Shown here: positions 1 to 8,826 of the stretch, one piece after another
Layout: every line of letters begins with the position of its first letter
How positions within the stretch are numbered: position 1 is the first letter of the stretch
Source: a virus
Lineage: Duplodnaviria > Heunggongvirae > Uroviricota > Caudoviricetes
Virus record (IMG/VR): IMGVR_UViG_3300031413_000570
Reading direction: 5' to 3' (one strand)
DNA length: 56,089 nucleotides
Translations under genes and position numbers: made by a program
Notes under the pieces: generated by a model
Seen by the model: the letters and a program-made list of their open reading frames with translations, nothing else
The model's database searches: none
Told to the model about the DNA's origin: nothing

Positions 1-71
1 ACGCATGAATAGAAACTTTCGAGGGGGATAAAGGAAATTACTTACTCTTTATCGGTCAATTCATACTCATG

Positions 72-111
72 AATGAATAAGGGCCCTCCAAAATAAGGGT
101 CCTTATTCATT
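72..111. terminator. Intrinsic terminator-like hairpin after the helicase
   Basis: AATGAATAAGGGCCCT / AGGGTCCTTATTCATT inverted repeat with one G-U pair. Confidence 0.7.
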
Positions 112-115
112 ATAG

Positions 116-2053
116 TTAGCCTGCCAGGACAGACTCCATGATTTCCATAATGGAATCTTCCTCTTCATCCCCCGACAAAATAGTCATATTTTCCATCTTG
201 TTCAGCATGATATCCATAATTGTCTTCTCCACAGTACCCTCTGCGTACAAGAAGTAAGCGTTAGCTAACTGGCCATCACGGTGGGTACGACCAATAATTT
301 GAGTCATTGACAATGCTGAGTAACGCATGTCGTGAATCAAAGTGGCTCGTGGGAATGGCGAAGCTAACGAACCGTCAGGGAGTTGCTCTTTCGCATGGAA
401 AGAAACTGCTTCTTCAACTGTGAACAAGATGACTTTGTTGTCACCTTTCTGGAACAGAATTCTTTCATGCTCTTTATTGATGAATTTACGTCCAGAGTAT
501 TCTGATACATCAACGCCTAACTTATTCAGTGAACTTTTGATTGCTTCCAGGCTTTCGATGAATCGAACCGAAACAGCAACCTGGTAGCCGTTTTCTAACA
601 AGTCAACAATGTTGTCCACTGTTTGTGCAGTTCGTAACAGAGATGCTTTCTGCGAGAATCTGAGTTGCTCAGCAAGAACTGATGTAGGGTTTTTACCTTT
701 CATCTTCAAGTTCATGGCTTTGCGGAACTCTGTCCACAATTTCTGGTACTCCTTCTCTGCTTCCATACCAAGAGTAACAGGTAAAGCAATGCGGTTCACT
801 GATGGCCAGCCGGCAATGTCTTCTGGTTTACGACGGATGGAAGGAGCTTTAGGATGGAACAAAGTTGCAGCAAGTCTTTCAACATCCTGCTTCTGTTGAG
901 CTCTGGATACTGCATCTTCAGGACTTGCGGGTTTCACCCAAGTCCAAGTGCCGCTCTTTGATTTCTTCACATGGAAACCATTCGCATGCAGCCAAGCAGG
1001 GTAGGTTTCCATAGTCAGATTCTGCCCAGCGAACTGACCAATAAGAGGGGCTAAATAACCTAACTCCAAAGGTGTTTGCCCGATAGTGGCTGACATCCAA
1101 ATCACGAAAGGTGCACGGGATGCGTCAGCACTGTATTGAGCAACCCGTTCAAATGCCTGCGTTCGCTGGGAAGTCTGATTTTTGATTTTGTGCGACTCAT
1201 CACAGATGATGAAGTCCCACAGGATGTAAGGTTTCCCTGATTCGGCAATGTGCTTATTCTTCGTTTTTGTCTTCTTCACTGTCTCAGCAGATTTGGGAAC
1301 GGTAAGCAGTTTCTTGTACTGCTCGTAGTTGATGACCAGGCATCGAAGGTTGTCAACACCTGAGTGGCGGATGGTGTTCTTCCAGTGAGGAACAGCACCA
1401 TTTGGGCAGATGATGAGCATTTTAGCTTTCTTCTGAGCTGTGAAGCCTTTAGCTCTTGCAGCCTCTGACGCCCCTATAAGACCTGTAAGACTCTTACCTA
1501 CCCCAGTGGCGTCAGCAACGATGAAACCTCGTCCACCGGTCGCTCCTGCCTTCTTGATAAGGTCTGCACCTTCTTGCTGGTGGGGACGCAACTGGAACAT
1601 TGCTCCTTGAGCTTTTTCTACAGGACGAATCTTACCGTTGATCTGGTCTTCAACCCAGCGAGAGAATGAGTAGTCTTCTGTTCTATACCATTTCAGTCTT
1701 TCAGGCAGAAGATTGCCTGCATAAACGTAAGCTCTGAGCCTTTCGACGTATTCAGCTCCGAGAGCTCGGGCAATGTCTCGTTCCATGTAAGGAACATCTA
1801 ACAGATGAACTTGTTTGTCTTTGTAGATAGCCCGCATTGCTTTTACGGTTTCTCCGAAAGAGTTCGGGTCTTTGACTCGTGAAGCTGTAGGTGTTGTGTT
1901 AGCTTTCTCTGCTTCTCTCATTTTGGCAGTGAAGCTGCCTTTGCTTCCAGGAACAGCTTTAGGGGGTGTGGGTTTGACCACAATTTTTCTTTTAGCTGCA
2001 GGTTTTTTGGCAGCTGTTGACTTTGCTGTTGGTTTTCTTCGTGGTGTAGCCAT
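116..2053 (-). CDS. SNF2/SF2-family helicase
   Basis: LRPHQ Q-motif, ADATGVGKS Walker A, DESH motif II, SAT motif III, QIIGRTHR motif VI. Confidence 0.85.
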   Translation of the reverse strand: MATPRRKPTAKSTAAKKPAAKRKIVVKPTPPKAVPGSKGSFTAKMREAEKANTTPTASRVKDPNSFGETVKAMRAIYKDKQVHLLDVPYMERDIARALGAEYVERLRAYVYAGNLLPERLKWYRTEDYSFSRWVEDQINGKIRPVEKAQGAMFQLRPHQQEGADLIKKAGATGGRGFIVADATGVGKSLTGLIGASEAARAKGFTAQKKAKMLIICPNGAVPHWKNTIRHSGVDNLRCLVINYEQYKKLLTVPKSAETVKKTKTKNKHIAESGKPYILWDFIICDESHKIKNQTSQRTQAFERVAQYSADASRAPFVIWMSATIGQTPLELGYLAPLIGQFAGQNLTMETYPAWLHANGFHVKKSKSGTWTWVKPASPEDAVSRAQQKQDVERLAATLFHPKAPSIRRKPEDIAGWPSVNRIALPVTLGMEAEKEYQKLWTEFRKAMNLKMKGKNPTSVLAEQLRFSQKASLLRTAQTVDNIVDLLENGYQVAVSVRFIESLEAIKSSLNKLGVDVSEYSGRKFINKEHERILFQKGDNKVILFTVEEAVSFHAKEQLPDGSLASPFPRATLIHDMRYSALSMTQIIGRTHRDGQLANAYFLYAEGTVEKTIMDIMLNKMENMTILSGDEEEDSIMEIMESVLAG

Positions 2054-2063
2054 AATGGTTACC

Positions 2064-2069
2064 TATCGG
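2064..2069 (-). promoter_or_regulatory. CCGATA promoter-like hexamer 10 nt before the helicase ATG
   Basis: One of 17 copies found upstream of starts on the coding strand (see findings). Confidence 0.55.
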
Positions 2070-2073
2070 ATTA

Positions 2074-2123
2074 AACGGAAACCCCCGCAACATGTGAGAA
2101 ATCATGTTGCGGGGGTTTCCGTT
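2074..2123 (-). terminator. Terminator hairpin downstream of rIIB
   Basis: Perfect 21-bp stem 2074-2094/2103-2123 with an 8-nt loop. Confidence 0.8.
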
Positions 2124-2126
2124 ACG

Positions 2127-2168
2127 CTCGACTCCCTTCGAGAGAAAGGAGAGAACCAGGGAGTCGAG
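2127..2168 (-). other. 3'-UTR hairpin with a C/U-rich loop complementary to the rII RBSs
   Basis: 11-bp stem 2127-2137/2158-2168; 2146-2158 is the exact reverse complement of 3907-3919. Confidence 0.55.
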
Positions 2169-2173
2169 AGGTC

Positions 2174-3904
2174 TTACAGAACCTCTACGATTGTAAGGTT
2201 GCTGATGCGGTCGGTGCGGTAAGGACGCTCTTTCTGGTCGCTGGTACGAATACCAACCAGAATTTCCTTACCAGCGTGACGGTGGGAAGCACGGATGTAG
2301 TCAGCTTCGAGGTTCACAGTACGAGCCTCACCACGAGCGGTCGTGTAGTCGAAATCGACTTCCACAACCATGTCCTGGTTGAGCAAGGTACGAAGCTCTT
2401 CGAGTACGTTGCTGTTGTCATCGACTTCAGTCTCGTCCTCAGTTTCAGCCTCAACCTCGTCCTCATCACCAGCACTGACGATGGTGATGTCAGTCATGCG
2501 GTCGATGCGGTAAGTGCGAGTCTCGCCGTCATCCTCACGGATACCAACAAGGAGGTCACCGTTATTACGGATTTCCTCAGCCTGGAAGTTGGTGAGTGTG
2601 CGAGGCTCGCCAGCAACAGTGGTGTAGTTGAAGTTCAACACAACAGTATTGCCAATGGCAATCTCAGCACGCAGAGCCTCTTCAACAGTAGAAGCCTGAA
2701 CAGCAACCTGAGTAGGAGCCTGGGGTTCAAGGAAGTGAGAAACAAGACGACCGTAGAAATCGTCCTCAGCCGCAGCAGCCTCATCCTGCTCGTCAGCTTC
2801 GTCCTGCTCGTCAGCCTCATCCCACTCATCTTCGCCACCGTAGACATCATCAAGAATGTCCTGGTCGATGACAAGGTTTGTCAGGTTAGCGTAAAGGTAG
2901 GAAGAAACCTCATCATTCTCATCAGCACCAATGAGAATCAGGTCAGTTCCGTTCATGCGAACTTCAGTCACAGCAAAGTCATCAACTGTAACATCGTCAC
3001 CGTTACCACGAGTGTAGGTGAATGAAACAAGAACCTCATCGACTGTGGTCAGAAGGCTTTCCAGAGTGGTGATGTTGTTGCGGTCTACCGTGTCCGCACC
3101 AGCGGAGTAGTGAGTGGTGGTAATCTGGTGTTCAGCCAGACCGACAACCTTGTAGCGGCTAACGCGAAGCTTCTGGAACGAAGCATGCTCAGGAACAGCT
3201 ACAACATCACGAGGGTTAATTTTCACTGTAAGGAGACGGCCGTTTGCATAGTTACTGGCGTAAGCATAGGAACCAGCGTGGAGTCCTGTGCTGCAACCAA
3301 CAGAATTGTCAGCATCCACCTTGGAGCGAGGAATCTCAACAACAGCACCCAGAGTGTTAGGCAGGTTGCTGTTCTCAAAGACCTGGTTGTTCACGATGCC
3401 ATAACCTGCCCAGCGTGAAGTACCGTCAGCGTTCACACCCTTGTAAGCGTAGAAGTCACCGTCAACGTCGATGGTGAGACCATGGCGGGTAATGAACTCG
3501 TACAGAGCGTCAACCGACTGTCCAGAAGGGTTGGTGTAGAGCTTCTCAAGGAAGGCAACAAGGCCGCGGTAGGAGTCAGGCGAGCCACCCTCATCAAGGA
3601 TGCGGAAGATGTGGTCCACGACGGAGTTACGAATCACGTCACCGTCGAAAAGAATCTCAGAACCGTTGAAAGTAATGCGGTCAGAGTAACGCTGAAGGCT
3701 GCGAGAGATGCTGGCACCAGGAGCAACAAGAGCTCGGAGGTTGGTCTCATCAATCTCATCAGCAGGAGTGGATGTGAGGGTGTTGATAATTGCTGCGTAA
3801 TTCGCATTGCTCGAATCAACAGTCTCAACTGAACCGTCACCGAAGATGAGTGTAGCGCCTGAACCCTGCGTTTCGGAATTGAAAATTGTATACATAACTG
3901 TCAT
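2174..3904 (-). CDS. rIIB: rIIB-like protein with three C-terminal WYL-like domains
   Basis: rIIB motifs DGDFYAYKGV, CSTGLHAGS, VKINPRDVVAVP, KLRVSRYKV; AAGGAG RBS; next to rIIA; repeats of the form FxY..G..R...R.YR.DR. Confidence 0.85.
   Translation of the reverse strand: MTVMYTIFNSETQGSGATLIFGDGSVETVDSSNANYAAIINTLTSTPADEIDETNLRALVAPGASISRSLQRYSDRITFNGSEILFDGDVIRNSVVDHIFRILDEGGSPDSYRGLVAFLEKLYTNPSGQSVDALYEFITRHGLTIDVDGDFYAYKGVNADGTSRWAGYGIVNNQVFENSNLPNTLGAVVEIPRSKVDADNSVGCSTGLHAGSYAYASNYANGRLLTVKINPRDVVAVPEHASFQKLRVSRYKVVGLAEHQITTTHYSAGADTVDRNNITTLESLLTTVDEVLVSFTYTRGNGDDVTVDDFAVTEVRMNGTDLILIGADENDEVSSYLYANLTNLVIDQDILDDVYGGEDEWDEADEQDEADEQDEAAAAEDDFYGRLVSHFLEPQAPTQVAVQASTVEEALRAEIAIGNTVVLNFNYTTVAGEPRTLTNFQAEEIRNNGDLLVGIREDDGETRTYRIDRMTDITIVSAGDEDEVEAETEDETEVDDNSNVLEELRTLLNQDMVVEVDFDYTTARGEARTVNLEADYIRASHRHAGKEILVGIRTSDQKERPYRTDRISNLTIVEVL
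2784..2819. repeat. 18-bp tandem duplication encoding the acidic linker (DEADEQ)x2
   Basis: TCCTGCTCGTCAGC(T/C)TC(G/A) occurs twice. Confidence 0.7.
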
Positions 3905-3951
3905 GGTGGTTCTCTCCTTGTGGAATGTTTAGCTCGTTTGTTCTTGTTTCA

Positions 3952-3981
3952 AGTTTACCAGCTTTATGCCAGTGAAGTCAA
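3952..3981 (-). promoter_or_regulatory. SigA-like promoter of rIIB
   Basis: TTGACT-N18-TAAACT with TG extension. Confidence 0.7.
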
Positions 3982-3996
3982 GTTTCTGAGCAAACT

Positions 3997-4341
3997 TTAG
4001 CGGTTTTTTGGGAAAAAGATTGGACTCAAATCAGTGTTCAACATGTTTACAATCTCTTCAGAAAGATGCTGGTCAAACGCCTTATTTTCATCCAAAGTCA
4101 CACCGCAAGAACAAGTGTTTGCATCTTTGACTGTGTGGGCTTTTACTACTTTCAGCACATGCTCAGTGTCATGACCTGCTTCGAGCCGGCGAACATACTC
4201 TTCAATGTGACGTACCGCTGTTGCAAGGGTGCCGTCTGTCGCCCACATAATAGGACTGGCTTTCCATACAAGCTTTTCATGGGCGGAACGAATTTCGGCG
4301 TAAAGCTCTTCTGTTGTTTTCTCAGGCATAATTTTCTCCAA
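3997..4341 (-). CDS. Hypothetical protein
   Basis: Non-overlapping ORF between rIIA and rIIB; start may be the ATG at 4329. Confidence 0.55.
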   Translation of the reverse strand: MEKIMPEKTTEELYAEIRSAHEKLVWKASPIMWATDGTLATAVRHIEEYVRRLEAGHDTEHVLKVVKAHTVKDANTCSCGVTLDENKAFDQHLSEEIVNMLNTDLSPIFFPKNR

Positions 4342-4353
4342 AAATAAAAGGGT

Positions 4354-4387
4354 ATGAGGCGGGACACATTTCTATGTCCCGCCTCAT
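4354..4387 (-). terminator. Terminator after rIIA
   Basis: 13-bp perfect stem ATGAGGCGGGACA/TGTCCCGCCTCAT. Confidence 0.7.
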
Positions 4388-4393
4388 CAATGT

Positions 4394-6607
4394 TTAGTTT
4401 GTTGCAGGGAACTTGAAGTTCAGGTACTCAACAATCAGTTCCACAGAAGCGTCACTGTTGCCACCAGCAAGAAGCTCAGGGTTCAGGCTTTCAAATTCAG
4501 TGTTGTACTCAGGGAAAACTGAAGCGTACATGTCACTGGTCACAATGCTGATGAATGTGGAAACCTTACGGTTCATCGAATAATCGAGGCCATCCACCTT
4601 AGCAGCCGCAGCCGTCCAGGCACGCATCTCTGTGTTCTGAATGTCATCAAGAACAGCTTCCATGTTCTGCGCCCAGGAAATATCATTACGGCTGTTCTCG
4701 AAGATGTTGATTTCAAGAGCAGTCAGAGGTGTAGCTGCAATGAAGTTTGCAACAGCAACAGGCAGAGCATCATCAAGGCTGACAGCTTCAGGCACAGCAG
4801 ACAGGAACGACTCAATTCGCACGTTGGTAGGAACCCGAATGAACGCAATGTCAGTCGAAGTAATGCCAGCATCAACATTGTAGTTGTTCTTAATGAACGA
4901 GATGGTGTTGTTGACCAGACGCAGTTCAGAGCTTGTAGCGCCAGCACCACGACCTGTGAGTTTGGCAATCTTGTGGGACAGTGAAGCAGTGTCAGCATCG
5001 TTCGTCTGAATGTAGACAACATGCTTCTTACCAGCAGCAACAGCAGCAGAGTAGCTGGCAGTCGAAGGACGACCGTTGCCCCATGAGTTGTTCACGCTGA
5101 GGAAGCTGACAGGAAGTGAACCGTAGTTCACTTCGCCACGAGTAGTTGTCCCGCTACGCAGGGCTCGCTTCTCAGTGTTGATTTCCTTACGGAGTTCAAC
5201 ACCCTTAGTCTCGAACTCCTCAGTAGTGTAGATGCCAACAGCAATCGCAGGAAGCCACTTGCCAAGGTCACCCTGCTTAGCAGTGGTGAACACAAGGTTG
5301 AAGCCATCTGAAATGCCGGGGTGCTTGACCTCGAACGCCTTGCGGAAACGGTTCAGGGACTGAGCCTCAGCACGGTCCTCCACGCCATACACAACCAGCG
5401 AACGACCGCTGAGTACACGGGAGTAAGGCTGAACAGTGTTCTTGGAACCTGAAGCACTGTAGAAGCTCTTGAAGTCCTCGAAAACAGGAACAACCTTCTG
5501 GGGAACAACCTCACCCTTGTACTTCCACTCCTGGTTGAAACCAGCAAGACGAAGCGACTCAGCAATGTCAAGAGCAGTGGTGCGGTTAGGAGCATCCTCG
5601 AAACGAGTCTGAATGTTCTTCACGACCTCCTTGTGGAGACGCTTCGTACCCTCAACAATGGCCTTCTTCGTCTTGTCGGAGAAGATGAGAGTGTCACGAG
5701 CAGGAGTCATGTCAACAGAACCGATGGGAAGGTTCACCACAGTGTAGTCGTCAAGGCTGCCGTAGGTGCTGCCGTAGTTCTGGTCGTCAAGCTCAGACTT
5801 GCTGAACGTGTAAGAAATGGGACCGACAAGAACAATCTTCTCGTTGTAGTTCTTGTGAAGCTTGACGCGACGGTTGTTCTTCTCCCAGTCAACAAGGTCA
5901 TTCAGCATCCAGCCAGCCTCGCCAAGAGCGGTGAAGCTCTCAGTGTTGTAGACGCTGTTGGTGTTCAGCTGACCGTTGACGCTGACACTTCCTGCAGGGA
6001 AGCCAAGAAGAAGGTTGGAGTTGTTGAAGATTCGGGAAAGACGCTCAGGGTCAGGAAGGGTGATGGAAACAACAGTCCCGTTGCCGTCCGTGGTGTTCTG
6101 AGGAGCAAGGAACTGACCCTTGCCGACGTTGTTCTCACCCTTGCGGAACAGAACGGTGTGCTTCACGCCATCCTTGACGGAGGTGACAACAAAGTTCGTG
6201 GCGACGCTGAAAGCAGACTTGGCTCCAAGACCGAAGCCACCAATCTGAGAGTTGGTCTTACGCTTCGTGGAAGCACCGTACTTGGGGAACACGTTCTTCA
6301 GGACATGCTTGTCCATACCAGTTCCGTGGTCACGAATGGTGAAAGTCGGGTTCAGACGGGTGGGGAGGGTGACCTCGACAGGGTTGGGGAAGACAAGACC
6401 GAAGCTGGTCTTTGCACCAAGAGCAGCAACCATGGCGTCCAGAGCGTTCGCAATGTACTCACGGGCGATTGCCTTGTACTCGTCAACGTACATGTTGGTG
6501 AGCATGTTCATGATGTGGGGAGTGGACTTTGCATCGAGAGTCATGTCGACCTCATCGTCAAACGTAGCGTTCGTGATGACTTCTGCGACCTGGGTGTCAA
6601 TCTTCAT
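4394..6607 (-). CDS. rIIA: rIIA-like protein (GHKL/HATPase_c N-terminus)
   Basis: REYIANALDA, IRDHGTGM, YGASTKR..N.QIGGFGLGAKS; AGGAG RBS; next to rIIB. Confidence 0.85.
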   Translation of the reverse strand: MKIDTQVAEVITNATFDDEVDMTLDAKSTPHIMNMLTNMYVDEYKAIAREYIANALDAMVAALGAKTSFGLVFPNPVEVTLPTRLNPTFTIRDHGTGMDKHVLKNVFPKYGASTKRKTNSQIGGFGLGAKSAFSVATNFVVTSVKDGVKHTVLFRKGENNVGKGQFLAPQNTTDGNGTVVSITLPDPERLSRIFNNSNLLLGFPAGSVSVNGQLNTNSVYNTESFTALGEAGWMLNDLVDWEKNNRRVKLHKNYNEKIVLVGPISYTFSKSELDDQNYGSTYGSLDDYTVVNLPIGSVDMTPARDTLIFSDKTKKAIVEGTKRLHKEVVKNIQTRFEDAPNRTTALDIAESLRLAGFNQEWKYKGEVVPQKVVPVFEDFKSFYSASGSKNTVQPYSRVLSGRSLVVYGVEDRAEAQSLNRFRKAFEVKHPGISDGFNLVFTTAKQGDLGKWLPAIAVGIYTTEEFETKGVELRKEINTEKRALRSGTTTRGEVNYGSLPVSFLSVNNSWGNGRPSTASYSAAVAAGKKHVVYIQTNDADTASLSHKIAKLTGRGAGATSSELRLVNNTISFIKNNYNVDAGITSTDIAFIRVPTNVRIESFLSAVPEAVSLDDALPVAVANFIAATPLTALEINIFENSRNDISWAQNMEAVLDDIQNTEMRAWTAAAAKVDGLDYSMNRKVSTFISIVTSDMYASVFPEYNTEFESLNPELLAGGNSDASVELIVEYLNFKFPATN

Positions 6608-6667
6608 TCTGGTTTCTCTCCTGAATCGGAAGGGATAAGTAGGGGGTGTTTCTCTCTAACAAGTTCT

Positions 6668-6696
6668 ACTTTAGCACAAGGGTTGAGCGAATGCAA
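6668..6696 (-). promoter_or_regulatory. SigA-like promoter of rIIA
   Basis: TTGCAT-N17-TAAAGT with TG extension. Confidence 0.65.
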
Positions 6697-6848
6697 CCCC
6701 TCATCCAGCATTTTTACCTGAGTAATTATTTATCCACTATTTTACTCTTGAATGATATAACAATGAGGTATAAATACCTTACTTTGGTTTCCTGTGCTAA
6801 AGCTTGTTGCATGCTATCATAAACTAAACTCCTACGAAAGGTCTTCCC

Positions 6849-7208
6849 ATGCTTACTCTTGCTGATTTCTTTACCCAGCAGAAAGCGGAAAACCCAGACG
6901 GTATCGAAGTTCTCATCGTAGACTTGAACGGTTCTTTAGAACACCTTGCCGAAGAATTCCAGAAAAATGACATCATTCACGAATATGCCACAGAACCCCG
7001 AGAAATCAAAAACCTTCTCACCTCTCTTCATGAAGATGCAGTTACTGAAATCAACAAAGCCCGCAAGCTTCGACGTAAAGTGTTCCTTTATGTAAGCTCA
7101 GCAGCAATTAGCAAAGCCATGGACGAGCAAGTAAACAAAATGCTTGCAGAGTTGAACGAAATCGGACCTAAAGCCAACATCAACATCGCTAACTACCTAA
7201 ACCAGTAG
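6849..7208 (+). CDS. Hypothetical protein
   Basis: GAAAGG RBS; followed by a terminator. Confidence 0.7.
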   Translation: MLTLADFFTQQKAENPDGIEVLIVDLNGSLEHLAEEFQKNDIIHEYATEPREIKNLLTSLHEDAVTEINKARKLRRKVFLYVSSAAISKAMDEQVNKMLAELNEIGPKANINIANYLNQ

Positions 7209-7211
7209 AAA

Positions 7212-7256
7212 AAATAAGGAAAGCCCCTCAGAGCGTCTGAGGGGCTTTCCTTATTT
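7212..7256. terminator. Bidirectional terminator
   Basis: 21-bp perfect inverted repeat between convergent genes. Confidence 0.85.
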
Positions 7257-7261
7257 CTATG

Positions 7262-8626
7262 TCAAATTAGTTCGTAAACTGCTTCAACATGCTGAGCTTT
7301 GATTCTCTTCCCAGAGAAGAAACCTGCTTTACGCAAAGCTGCAGCCAGGGCAGGGTCACCAACAACAACCCCATGAACAGTAGCCGGCTCGACCTCAGGG
7401 GTTTCAGCTTCCACTGCAACACGAGGACCAATCCATCCTGTCTCCAGAACATTATCCACACCAAAAGCTTTCGCCTTGGCAAGAATCTCCTCACGGGCCA
7501 AAGACTCTTTCCCTGAAATCACATCCCAAGGACGAGGAAGGGTAGCAAACAGACGAGTGTCAATGTGAAGCTCCTGCCCTGAGTTGCGAGCCCACCACAC
7601 CACATCAGCAGCCATCAGACGAGGAGCTTTACCAGGAAGGTACACATCCAGAACTGAATCCAGGCCAGAGGCCACAGTTGCTGCAAGCCAAGCTGAACGC
7701 ATTGTGTTCAATGCACCAGCAAAGGCGTTCCAGCTGGAGCTATCCACGCCCTTAACCATGACCATTTCGTCACGCATACGCTCAGGAAGCGTCACGAACA
7801 ACGCATCCAAACGGTCAGCCGCGACAACCATGTGACGGTGGAAAACTCCACTCAACTGTCCAACAGTTTCCTTGTCAAGACGGTTGAACACATCAACTGT
7901 AGGTGAAACAAGAGCAATCTGCTCCCAAGCAGACGTGTCATCAAGCAAAGCCTTAAGACCTTCAACAATTACGTCTTTAGCCTTCGACTGACCACCAAGC
8001 ATGAACAGCGAACGGCGGTTTGCACGAGCAGCAAGGTAAGCCACAAAAGCCAACGACACATCATCCATCTTGGATGCATCAACAGCGTACGCCAGACGGC
8101 TCTTAGCCTGCATCTGGGCATGACGAATAGTGAGAGAATCCTGCACACGTGCAATCTTGTCCTCAAAGTTCTTCAGGAAACGCAAACGCTTCATGAAAGC
8201 CTTCTTGCTGTCCACAAAAGAAGCATCCCAGTCCAGTTCCAACCGCTGACGCAACGCATCAGAAGCAGACCATGAAGCAGGAACAGCCAGGTCATGCAGA
8301 GCTTTACGCAGGACATCCTGCAGCTGCTGAACGTACCCTTGAGCGTACACATCAGATGTAACAGTTGACACGTCAGCCTGAGGGAACAGAACCTGCAAAG
8401 CAGCAAGCTGAGTGTCAGCTGCGTCAACTTTGTCAAAGTCATCGTTCATCTGGTAGCTGTAGCGAACATAACGAGCATGCTGGCTACCCAGACGCTGAAG
8501 CTCAGCATGAAGGGCAGGGACATGGTTAGCAACACCCAAACCAAGGATAGCTGCAGCGACAGCTCCAGTCGATGAACGACGGACAAGGCTGTCCTGCAGC
8601 ATTTTGCGTGCGGAAATGTGATCCAT
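7262..8626 (-). CDS. Uncharacterised 454-aa protein behind a tRNA-like leader
   Basis: Start reassigned to the ATG at 8626 (GAGGAG RBS), because the TTG start at 8728 lies inside the structured leader. Motifs PGKAPRLMAADV and HGVVVGDPALAAALRKAGFFSGK look conserved. Confidence 0.8.
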   Translation of the reverse strand: MDHISARKMLQDSLVRRSSTGAVAAAILGLGVANHVPALHAELQRLGSQHARYVRYSYQMNDDFDKVDAADTQLAALQVLFPQADVSTVTSDVYAQGYVQQLQDVLRKALHDLAVPASWSASDALRQRLELDWDASFVDSKKAFMKRLRFLKNFEDKIARVQDSLTIRHAQMQAKSRLAYAVDASKMDDVSLAFVAYLAARANRRSLFMLGGQSKAKDVIVEGLKALLDDTSAWEQIALVSPTVDVFNRLDKETVGQLSGVFHRHMVVAADRLDALFVTLPERMRDEMVMVKGVDSSSWNAFAGALNTMRSAWLAATVASGLDSVLDVYLPGKAPRLMAADVVWWARNSGQELHIDTRLFATLPRPWDVISGKESLAREEILAKAKAFGVDNVLETGWIGPRVAVEAETPEVEPATVHGVVVGDPALAAALRKAGFFSGKRIKAQHVEAVYELI

Positions 8627-8678
8627 TTTTCTCTCCTCGAAAAGCCGTTCTCTCTGCGGCTTGTAAATAAAAGTCTTG

Positions 8679-8756
8679 TGCAACAGGGTGGATATGAACC
8701 ACCAACTACCCGGAAAGACAAGAGCCAAGCGTTCTATAACCTTGAACTACTGCTGC
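8679..8756 (-). ncRNA. tRNA-like cloverleaf with an 11-nt anticodon loop
   Basis: GCAGCAG TA GTTC AAGGTTATA GAAC G CTTGG CTCTTGTCTTT CCGGG TAGTT GGTGG TTCATAT CCACC CTGTTGC A; the trailer is CAA, not CCA. Confidence 0.65.
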
Positions 8757-8763
8757 AATAAAT

Positions 8764-8792
8764 ACTCTACCACAGGACATTTAGTAATGCAA
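8764..8792 (-). promoter_or_regulatory. SigA-like promoter starting transcription at the tRNA-like element
   Basis: TTGCAT-N17-TAGAGT; predicted TSS near 8757, next to G1 at 8756. Confidence 0.7.
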
Positions 8793-8826
8793 GAAAATGT
8801 GAAAAGTTTTTGGAGAAGACTTAAAT

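Noticed and set aside
2276-3832. Several plus-strand ORFs
   Set aside because: Shadows of rIIB.
5633-6721. 362-aa plus-strand ORF
   Set aside because: Antisense shadow of the codon-biased rIIA, with no motifs or RBS.
8679-8756. Canonical tRNA-Lys(CUU) or YrlA Y RNA call
   Set aside because: The anticodon loop is 11 nt, A58 is missing and there is no CCA. The topology is unpermuted with no Ro-binding stem, so it is kept only as tRNA-like.
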